Source: Amoebidium appalachense (lineage: Eukaryota > Protista > Ichthyosporea). Taken from it: a stretch of 64,000 bases of DNA. A program made the position numbers and the translations under genes. Below, piece after piece: positions 1-9,999 of the stretch. The notes under the pieces are model-generated. The model ran no database searches and had not been told where the DNA came from. It saw nothing but the letters and a program-made list of their open reading frames with translations. The stretch's first letter is position 1. Every line of letters starts with the position of its first letter. Where the stretch lies: contig CAVNZM010000002.1 in NCBI GenBank assembly GCA_963693365.1, forward strand, positions 5,162,259 through 5,226,258, written 5' to 3'.

Positions 1-1039
1 TGACATGAGACGTAAGGGCACTACAATGGTAGGTGGGAGGGCGTCACCGGACGCAACAATAGTGGGAATGATGGATAGGTGCCAGTCTTGCTCCGCAAAC
101 CCATAGCCGACTTTGTATGTGTTTTTCATGTCTGTGACCGTGAGAAGTTTTTTGTCTAGTTGCCTGTTCCATGAACATGGGATTATACTTGGGCCCGTAC
201 TTGTAACCCTGCTTTATTACACTAGGTGCGCTTCGAGTGGTGGGCCCTTTTTTGCGAAGCTTAGGCATAGGCTTGTTTTTTTTGGGAGCCTTTGCCATTT
301 TCTGACACGCAGTTACAACAGTGCTGTGCTATGCTAGTGTTGTGGTCAGCTATGAAGGCCAATGCTACCCCGAGCATCACGTGCTCACACAAGTACCTAC
401 CCCTACAATATTACACCCAAACAAAGGCCCAAGCTACTCAAAAACACCTATTTATTTGAAAAGAAAGTGGTTTGTGCCCTTTTATTACGTAGAAAACACG
501 TCCGAAGGGTTTCGACCCGCAGCTCTTGAGAGCTCACATTTCACGTTCTGGGTATCGGAGAAGCGCCCTTTTTTTTTTCCGTTGCAGGCCTGAGTGTCAG
601 TAACCGCCCCGCCCATATTAAAAAAAAAACCAATGAGAAAAAACGCATAAAAAAAGAAAATAACCAAGGAAGGGATCATAAGTTTCTCAGCTGTCACGTC
701 AACTTTTTTTCCCGATTCTTCACCATGGCAGGTATATGAAGGCTTTCGTTTCTTCTTTTTGTGGTGGGAGGTGTCAGGAGGGAGTCCCACTCAGGGGAAC
801 GTGACTGCAGCGTGTGTGTGGTGTGGCCTGGTGTATTCCTACTGCTGTGAGAGTGAACATGGGGGGATCTCCCTTTCGCGGAGTTTCTCGCTTGAGAAGT
901 GGTTTCTTCAACGCCTGGTGGTCCACTGCAACCTATGGTAACTTCTACACGCTGTCTACGCTTCTACGCGACCTATTGGCGGTGGGCTGCTGCAACTTCT
1001 TCAGCTACTTCTGCGCTGCGTGAGTGGAGGGGCGGCTAC

Positions 1040-1805
1040 TGTTGGAGTACACTGGTACTCCCGGCTAGCAATGTCTGTTAGAGAAAGTTTCTGAGCAATT
1101 GAATAATTGTTTCAACACTCACTCGAGTGCATAGAGCTTTTGTTTACGGTCATATTCATATATGGTAGTTATATGTTTGAGCCAAAACTGTACCAATGAC
1201 GAGCTTCATTAGCAACGTGCTAATTGTGCTCATTAATTAATATTCCCGGTTCAGATGATGTCATGTTTATATTTGCCACAGGATTCTATTCTTAGAGTGG
1301 TAGTGTGCTTTATTCCCGGATATTCTCAGAATATTTTTAGTTGTGTGAAGTAAGATTTACGTTTTAACTGCAATTGGTGTGTTAAACACGTTTATTTGTG
1401 TGCTTTAGTGCAAGTTAACTAGCCACCCAACGTGCACAGTTAACTTTTATATCTTTAACGACTTGTTTTCATTGTGCTCTCTTTTCGGCCATGCTGTACA
1501 TGGCCCACCACCAGGGTGCACACGAGGCCACCATGAGGTGGCCAACGACTATATAAAGCAGTGCCTCCCATGTCACAAACATGGGAAGCAGAACGTTTGA
1601 TTTACACTTTTCTACTGTCGTTTTCAGTGCACAAAACACATAGACAAGTTACCCATCATACACGACACTATGTCTGACAACTTACAGTTGCAGCAACTAG
1701 TCCAACTACTGGAGCAGAGGTTGGCCTCACAAGATGCAATCATTTCTGACTTACAGAAGGAACAACGTGCACTAGAACTAGCTTCTATGAACACAATGTC
1801 CAACA
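1040..1805 (+). repeat. 5' LTR of copia element 1
   Basis: TG...CA ends, TATAAA near 1552, no mismatch to the 3' LTR seen in the stretches compared by eye. Confidence 0.97.
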
Positions 1806-2878
1806 GGGTTATGGGCCCCTCACGTAATGATTCCATCAAGTTCAAGGTCGACATCCCTCTCTTCACTGGCAATGATAATGATTCAGGCACGGACTACCAC
1901 ACATGGGCCGAAACCATGTATGTCCAGCTTTCTGGTGCTGGTCTTCTCCACACCATCGCGTCCAGTACGGAGCACCCGGCTACCCGTGAACAGGTCGACA
2001 CTGCCCGTTCCTACCTGTGGCAAGCACTCTCGGTTGACGTGCGTTGTATCCTAGGGTTAACACGCACCACCACACCTGCGGAGATATGGTCGGCCCTATC
2101 TGCCCACTACCTGGAGCAATCTGAGGCCAATCAGTACGACCTTATTGGGCTGTACATGAATTCTACGCCTGAACCTACGGACACCGCGACGAAATACGCC
2201 ATGAAACTCCGCGGCTACGTGCGGCGCCTGGCCGATTACGGCACACAAATTGGTGATGCTCAAGTGCTGACCAAGCTCACCAACGACCTCGGCAAGGTGC
2301 CTTACTACGAAATGCCTGTCATTGCCTACAAGATGACACCCAAGCCTACCGTGATGGGCCTCCTCCAACAGCTACGGGCATATGAGACCAGCCACCCACG
2401 TGCACGTGTGACTACCAGCTCCGGGCCGGCCGCCTTCACCACACGGGCTCCTCAACCTGTCATCTGCCACGGCTGCGGCAAACCAGGCCACATCAAGTCT
2501 CAGTGCCCCAACGGCAACGGCCAACACAGCAACTCTGGCAACAACCGTGCCAGCACCTACCCCAAGGGTTCCTGCGTCAACCACCCACTGTCTACCAGTC
2601 ACACTACCGCCATGTGCAAGGGGGGCAACCGTGCCAACGGCCGCAAACCTAAGGGTGGTCCCCTCCCGCCTGGGTCCTGCATCAACCACCCTGCCTCTAC
2701 TACCCACACTACGGCACAGTGCAAGGGGGGGCTGCCGCTCCCCGGGCTTTCCTCATGTCTAGCAACGACTGTGGCACCAACAAGGTGCTCCTCGACTCTG
2801 GAGCCACTGACCATGTGTGCCCCCGGCCCAATGTGTTCGTCAACATGCGTGCGGCGCCTTACTCCACGGTCCAAGTAG
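1670..2878 (+). CDS. gag: Copia Gag
   Basis: IPLFTG..DYHTW, AEIWSAL..Y, CCHC knuckle CHGCGKPGHIKSQC. The ATG is inside the LTR. The frame switches to pol near 2725-2731. Confidence 0.9.
   Translation: MSDNLQLQQLVQLLEQRLASQDAIISDLQKEQRALELASMNTMSNRVMGPSRNDSIKFKVDIPLFTGNDNDSGTDYHTWAETMYVQLSGAGLLHTIASSTEHPATREQVDTARSYLWQALSVDVRCILGLTRTTTPAEIWSALSAHYLEQSEANQYDLIGLYMNSTPEPTDTATKYAMKLRGYVRRLADYGTQIGDAQVLTKLTNDLGKVPYYEMPVIAYKMTPKPTVMGLLQQLRAYETSHPRARVTTSSGPAAFTTRAPQPVICHGCGKPGHIKSQCPNGNGQHSNSGNNRASTYPKGSCVNHPLSTSHTTAMCKGGNRANGRKPKGGPLPPGSCINHPASTTHTTAQCKGGLPLPGLSSCLATTVAPTRCSSTLEPLTMCAPGPMCSSTCVRRLTPRSK
1807..1818 (+). promoter_or_regulatory. Primer-binding site GGTTATGGGCCC (half-molecule initiator Met-tRNA type)
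   Basis: Lies 1 nt after the LTR and matches the Drosophila copia/Hemivirus-type PBS. Confidence 0.85.
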
Positions 2879-5800
2879 CCGACAAGGGTGCATGTGCAGT
2901 GCTTGGGGTGGGCGACGTGTTCTTTTCCAGCACCATCGACGGCGTTACTGCGGTGCATCAGCTGACGGATGTACTCTATGTGCCCTCCATCCCCGACACT
3001 CTCATCAGTGTGTTCACGGCATCTACCAACGGCGTTTTACCCCGCTTTGACACCCGCGGCGGCGTTAAGTTGTGCTACGGCGATCAAATTCTGGCCACCG
3101 GCTCGGCTGTCGGCACCAAGCTGTACCACATGGCGGTGTCTCTTCTGCGCACGGACACAACCCCGGACGCCCAAACCACCACTGCTCCGCGTATCCTCAA
3201 GGTTACTGCCGACCTCAACACGTGGCACTACCGTCTGGGCCATGCTGGCATTGACGCTGTACGCTCGGTCATCAAGTCTGCAGGCCTGTTGGTGGGTGGC
3301 GGTGCCAAGTCTCCGGGTGTGTGTGAGCCCTGTGCCCTCGGCAAAGCCCACCGTGTTGCCTTCTCCGAATCAACCAGCCAAGCTCCCCGGGTCCTAGCCA
3401 AGGTTCACAGCGACATCAGCGGCCCCTTCCCTCCCGCGATCGGTGGTGCTCAGTACTTGGCGACGTTCCACGACGACTTCACCGGCCACACCACGGCCGT
3501 GCCCCTCGTCAAGAAGTCGGACACACTGGCTGCATATGTGACGTACCACAAGGCGGCGGTTACCCAACACGGTGTTCCCATGCAGGTGTTTCAGTCCGAC
3601 GGGGGGGGCGAGTACATGGGCACGGCCTTCGGGGACTACAACCGTGAGCACGGCATTCGCCATCAGATCACTACCACCGGCTCTCCTCAACAGAATGGGA
3701 CTGCCGAACGACTGAACCGGACCCTCCTCGACATGGTTCGGGCACTCCTGCAGCTGTCCGGCCTTCCGGTGGGATTCTGGGCCGAGGCAGCTGTGACCGC
3801 GGCTTTTATACGCAACATGCTCCCGTCGCGAGCCACCGGCAGCCAATCGTCTCCCGCCCTGCTGTGGACCGGCATTCCTCCCGACTACAGCCGGCTCCGT
3901 GTCTGGGGCTCTCCCTGCTACGTCCATCAACAGGATACACCGAAACTGGCGCCTCGTGCCGTCAAGGGCATCTTCGTGGGCTACCCTCCTAACATCAAGG
4001 GCTACAAGGTCTGGATTCCAGCAGCACACAAGATGACCGTCAGCCGTGACGTGCAGTTCGACGAGGCTGCTATTCTGCACCCCCTCCGTGATGTCCCATC
4101 TGATTGGTCGACCGCACCGGCAATTCATCATTTTTTGGAGTCATCTGATTCGTCAAATCAGCCAGCCAATCACATCGTCCGGAATGATCAGCAATCTGAT
4201 TCGTCTCGTCTGTCAGCCAATGGGACAGCGCCGAGTGATCAATTGGACATTCCGATCCTGCCCGAGCCTGCACATCGGCTCCCCCGGACGACCCGTAGTG
4301 GCGCTGTGTACAACGACCAACGTCGAGGCCCGACTGCCAACGTGGCTGCTGCTACGGCCCCCCTTGCCCCCCAGGCTACGGCTCCTGCATCAACACCCAT
4401 CAAGGCTTCCACCATTGTTGTCCCCAAGACTGTCCGGGCTGCACTCAAGAGTCCCCAGCGTCTGAAATGGGAGGAGGCTGCACACCGTGAGCTCAAGGCC
4501 CTGGAAGACAACGGCACCTTCACCCTTGTGCCCCGTCCAGAGGATGGCTCCACTGTCATTCCGGTCGGCTGGGTCTTTACGGTCAAGCAGGACAACGTCG
4601 GCAACGTCACTGCTTTCAAGGCCCGGCTTGTGGCCCGGGGCAACTACCAGCAGCCTGGCCAGGACTATTTCGTCACCGAGTCACCTGTGGCTGCGCTGGC
4701 TACCATCCGGCTGGTTTTGGCTACCTCCGTGGCCCAAGGTCTGCCTCTGCGCCACATCGACGTCAACACAGCATTCCTCAACGGCACCGTCAACGAGACC
4801 ATCTACATTGAGCAGCCCCCTGGCTTCGTCAACCCCTCGGCCCCCCATGCTGTCGGCTTGCTCCACAAGGCGCTCTACGGCCTAAAACAGGCACCGTGCC
4901 AGTGGTATGAGGCCCTCCGTGACCATCTCCTCGACCAAGGCTTCATTGTGAGTGCTGCTGACCCGTGCCTGTTCATCAAGAATGCCGGGACCCCAACGTT
5001 TATTGCCCTTGCTGCCTACGTGGATGACTTCACCGTGACGGCCGCCACTGATGCGCTCATCGACGATTTTTTCACCAAGCTGGATGCTCGTTTCTCTGCC
5101 AAGGACCTGGGTCGTCCAGGCTACCCTGCTCATCGGGCACACTCTTACCTGGCTGGAGGACGGGTCTCTGCGTCTGGGCCATCGTCAACACATCATCGAC
5201 TTGGCTGCCCGTTTTCGTCTCACCCACATGTCCGGCACCAAGACCCCCATCGTCCCGGGCCAGGCCAGTGAAAGCAACAAGACCCCAGCCCACAGCAAGA
5301 AGGAGGACTATGCCAGCCTGGTCGGTGCCCTGCTGTGGATTGCGCGTACCACCCGCCCCGACATTTCCCAGGCTCTGGGAGTCCTTACTCGACACATTCA
5401 TGCGCCCACCGTCACCCACTGGACTATGGCTACCAGAGTTGTAAGCTACCTGCTGGCCACCATCGACCTGGGTATTGTCTACCGTCCCGGCCCCCCCACC
5501 CTTGTTGGCTACTCCGACTCCGACTACGCCGAGGACCGCGACACCCGGCGCTCCACCACGGGCTATGTCTTCTTCATCAACTCCTCCCCTGTGTCCTGGG
5601 TGTCTCGGCTCCAGTCCATCACCACCCACAGCTCCACTGAGGCTGAATTTGTGGCCATGTCTGCTGCTACGAACGAGGCCATATGGCTCAACTATGTGAT
5701 GGACGACCTGGGCCTTAATCCTATCGATGAGCCCACCCCGGTGCCCATCCATGGGGACAATGAGTCTGCCCGGGCCCTGCTGGACACCCTGGGGGTTAAG

Positions 5801-5971
5801 CCCAAGACCAAGCACATCGACGTCCGCTACTGCTCCGTCAAGGAACATCACCTGCTGGGCAACATCACTGTGGTCCCGGTGGCTTCTGCTGACAACAAGG
5901 CCGACATGTTCACCAAGGCCCTGTCTGCCTCTTTCTTCACCAAGGCCGTGGGGATGCTCAACATGTGCTGA
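2719..5971 (+). CDS. pol: Copia Pol (PR-IN-RT-RNaseH) with a 1-nt frameshift near 5119
   Basis: LLDSGATDH protease, WHYRLGH/CEPC, HSDISGP..SDGGGEY..NGTAER integrase, KARLVARG, LYGLKQAP, YVDD, then GYSDSDYA..SSTEAEF..KHIDVRY in ORF 5051-5971. Deleting one G in CCAGGCTACC restores KDLGRPATLLIG. Confidence 0.93.
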
Positions 5972-6156
5972 GCACCCGTCATCAACCAACTGCGCCCTCA
6001 TACTTCAGGGGGGGGAGAGAGTTGCATCCGACTGTGCAACTACGTGTACCATACTAAAATTGAGTAGGGGAATCTTTATTGTCTGTATTTTGTGCACCTG
6101 AAGCACTCGAGCTCAGTTGCATTAATTCAAACCACAATTATCCAATTGAGTAGGGG

Positions 6157-6922
6157 TGTTGGAGTACACTGGTACTCCCGGCTAGCAATGTCTGTTAGAG
6201 AAAGTTTCTGAGCAATTGAATAATTGTTTCAACACTCACTCGAGTGCATAGAGCTTTTGTTTACGGTCATATTCATATATGGTAGTTATATGTTTGAGCC
6301 AAAACTGTACCAATGACGAGCTTCATTAGCAACGTGCTAATTGTGCTCATTAATTAATATTCCCGGTTCAGATGATGTCATGTTTATATTTGCCACAGGA
6401 TTCTATTCTTAGAGTGGTAGTGTGCTTTATTCCCGGATATTCTCAGAATATTTTTAGTTGTGTGAAGTAAGATTTACGTTTTAACTGCAATTGGTGTGTT
6501 AAACACGTTTATTTGTGTGCTTTAGTGCAAGTTAACTAGCCACCCAACGTGCACAGTTAACTTTTATATCTTTAACGACTTGTTTTCATTGTGCTCTCTT
6601 TTCGGCCATGCTGTACATGGCCCACCACCAGGGTGCACACGAGGCCACCATGAGGTGGCCAACGACTATATAAAGCAGTGCCTCCCATGTCACAAACATG
6701 GGAAGCAGAACGTTTGATTTACACTTTTCTACTGTCGTTTTCAGTGCACAAAACACATAGACAAGTTACCCATCATACACGACACTATGTCTGACAACTT
6801 ACAGTTGCAGCAACTAGTCCAACTACTGGAGCAGAGGTTGGCCTCACAAGATGCAATCATTTCTGACTTACAGAAGGAACAACGTGCACTAGAACTAGCT
6901 TCTATGAACACAATGTCCAACA
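6157..6922 (+). repeat. 3' LTR of copia element 1
   Basis: Preceded by purine tract GAGTAGGGG (6148-6156), followed by TSD GCTAC. Confidence 0.97.
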
Positions 6923-7825
6923 GCTACTTGGTCGTCGGGGAGCTTTCCAAGTGACTGCCATGGCCAGTCCTTAGCCTCCAGTCGTATGGCAATAACCGGG
7001 TTTGCTTGCATGCATTCTGTAATTGTGTTTTTCTGTGTGTCCTGCCACAACTAGGCCACCTTATCAGAGAGCTAGATGCAGTTTCTCCGGGTTATCTAGG
7101 GGCCGGGCCCGTTGGGATTGTTTTTTAGATCAGATTTGGTCTGCATTGCTCTTTTAGAGGCTGACTTGCTTGCTGTGCCTCGGTAGGTTTTGAGGGGGGC
7201 CTGTTAAGAAGGAGCAGTAATGATGTCTTCTTGCGGAGTGTGGTCTGGTCAACATCGATGCATATGACTAGTTGGAGCAAACTAGTTTCACGCATACACG
7301 TACACTTAAGGTTTTGCCCGCTGGTGTCCTTTGTCACTTGTCGCTTTATTTTTATTTCGTAGCTTTGGCTTTTTCAGTTCTATTGGTGGTTGTGTAGCCT
7401 GTGGCTGCACGTTGCCTTCATCAACGGATCAATAAACCCGAGTCAAAAGAAAAAAAAAAGTTTCTCACGATTTATCGGTCTCTCAAGATTCGTAGGATTG
7501 CCCCTGCGCTAAATGAAAAGAATGTCAAGAGGCGCAAGATAATTTAAGATAAAAACTATCAGGGGTCCGGAATCAATGACGTCACTAATTGAGAAGGAGG
7601 GCCGCACTCCGCAGCACCGATTGGGGGCCGCGAGAGAATTGGCGCCAACTTTTCCCGTTTGCGAAACGGAAACGAAAGTCCATGTGTGCACCACGTTATG
7701 CGGCATAAACAAACGAAAAATATTAAGCGTAAAACTAGGGAACTAAATTGTTTGCTTACTTTTTATTTAATTTTTACCTTCTGTTGCGAATCTTAAAAGG
7801 TATACCCCTAAGGGGTGCCCACACT

Positions 7826-9349
7826 ATGCCCTCTCGTTGTGCAGCAGAACACTGCAAGGCCACTGCTGGGCCTGGTTGTAAGCAGGTGCTTATTCGAAGG
7901 CACAGTGCAGAGGTTGTTAGTTCGTGGTTTAAGCAAATACGGCCAAGGTACACGGAAGATGACCTGAGGAAGGATCTAGGGGTGTGCCATGTCCATTTTC
8001 CCGAAGGGTCATTTGTGTTCGGCCCCACTGGGCGAGCAACCTTAGTGGCTGGGGCCATACTGTACACACGTGAGCAAGAGGAAGGACTACGCCGGCAGGC
8101 CGAAGACGCCAAAAGGCAGCGGGAAGCAGACTTGCTCTTGGGGGAGGACGAACGCACCAAGCGTCGTCGCGAGCAGGAACAAAACGCATCGGTTGATGAG
8201 CTCAACAAACAGATCGGCACACTCAACATTGTGGTGGGGGAGCGAAACAAGCAGATTTCAGACATGGACTCGGAACTCGAACAGTTGCGGGACAAATGTG
8301 CCGTTTTGGAAGCGCGTATGGAGACTGTTGAGCGCAAAAACGAGAGTCTTGGTCAGCTTCTGAAAGAGAAAGAGATCAACTGCATCAGCAAACTCACCTA
8401 CGATGGTGTTGTGCAGTCGGACTTCAAAACTCGTTTCTACACACAGTTCACAACGGGCAATGCGTTCAAAGCGTTCATTTTGCTCTGTTTCGAATTTCAC
8501 CTCCACCTTCTGTATATGGGGGTCGACCCAGTTACCGGGGTGGGGGCTCGGGGCCCAAAGAGAGCACTGTCGTTTGAGAACGCAATCCTGCTGGTGCTTG
8601 TGAGACTGCGGCACAATTTCCCGTTTCACCACATGGCCTTCCTGTTTAACATAGGTGAAAAGACAACACGAAAAACGTTTTGGTGGGGCTTGTATTTGCT
8701 TAATTGCATGTTCGAACACCCTCTTTTGGATCCACTACAAAACGGTGCATTTACTGCAGCCGCCGTAACTGCAAACACCCTGCCTTGTTTCAAGCAAAAC
8801 TATCCCCATGTCGCTATGATTTTGGACTGCACGGAATTCTTTATTCAGGTGGCTAGTAACACTGAGCTCCAAAAGCTTACATACTCCAGATATAAAGGAC
8901 ACAACACTGTAAAAGTTTTAGTTGCCATGCTTCCCTCTGGTGAAATACTCTATGTATCATCGTGTTATCCAGGTAGAATAAGTGACCGTCTTATTACTGA
9001 TGTGTCGGGCATAATAAAAAAATGCTGGCCTGGTGCGACAACAGGTTATGGCAGACAAGGGTTTCCTCATAGAAGATCTGCTCAAACAAGCAAATATGCA
9101 CCTTGTTATCCCTCCCTTCCTTGCAAAGGGAACAATCTTCTCACAGGAGGAGCTGGCCTCCACCCGTGATATTGCCGCTGTGCGGATTCATATTGAGCGG
9201 GCTATTGGGCGGGCGCGAAGGAGAACAAGATCCTCACGGATACTGTTCCCATCACCATGGTGCCCAATCACTCCCAGGTTGTCCGAGTTTGCTTTGGGCT
9301 TACACGCTTCCAAGGCAAACTCGTGCACCGGGAGGAAGAAGCCCCATAA
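7826..9349 (+). pseudogene. THAP + HTH + DDE_Tnp_4 (ISL2EU-type) transposase with two frameshifts
   Basis: THAP: CAAEHC..W..CHVHF. Coiled coil. HTH: LVLVRLRHNFPFHHMAFLFNI. Catalytic motifs ILDCTE, YSRYKGHNTVKVLV, GRISD, VMADKGF, RIHIERAIGR. Frame changes near 9035-9041 and 9213-9218. Ends ...VRVCFGLTRFQGKLVHREEEAP*. Confidence 0.9.
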
Positions 9350-9704
9350 AAAAGCTAATTGTTTTTGTCCCCCCCAGCCCCCCCCCCCCCCCCCCCCCCC
9401 CCCCCTTCAGTTACCCAGTCCCCGTGAAAAAGTATGTAAAAATAAAAATACCAACATAAACAAATGGCGTGTGTTTATGTTTTTCTGCACTGAAACGGGG
9501 GGAAAGGGGGGGGGGGGGGGGGGGGGGGAGGGGGAAAGGGGGAAGGGGGAAAGGAAGCCTTTAGAAAAACACGAGCCCGACAGAGAGGGAAAAAAACGAA
9601 ACCTTCCTGTCTCCCCCCCCCCCCCCCCCCCTTCCCCCCCTCTCCCCCCCAGGCCCCTCCTCCCGCCTATTCTTCCCACACACAACCACTACACATTCCT
9701 GGGT

Positions 9705-9781
<77 letters not shown>

Positions 9782-9999
9782 CAGACGCAAGACCTTGTCA
9801 CCTCAGTAGTTGTGGTAACAGTAGACCTTCATTCGTTACAGCACATGGCATACATAACCTAGTGCACAGCACTGCCTAGTTACAATTTTCATTACATTTA
9901 TACAGAAAAAAAAACCATTTATCCTTAACCGGTTATGGTTACCATATAGCACTACTACTAGCGTTACCTTATAAAAGAGACTTATCACTTTACATCGAT

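Larger units (their letters stand above)
1040..6922 (+). mobile_element. Full-length Ty1/copia LTR retrotransposon
   Basis: 766-bp direct repeats 1040-1805 and 6157-6922, both TGTTGGA...TCCAACA. 5-bp TSD GCTAC (1035-1039, 6923-6927). PBS and PPT present. Domain order gag-PR-IN-RT-RNaseH. Confidence 0.97.

Noticed and set aside
480-560. GGGTTTCGACCC B-box-like hairpin (tRNA or SINE)
   Set aside because: No A-box or cloverleaf could be built.
44-1039. Short ORFs left of copia 1, including across the reconstructed empty site
   Set aside because: The three minus-strand frames hit stops soon after rejoining, and no domain is recognisable in the short ORFs on either strand.
5072-6001. 309-aa minus-strand ORF and other antisense ORFs in both copia elements
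   Set aside because: They are shadows of GC-rich codon usage on the coding strand.
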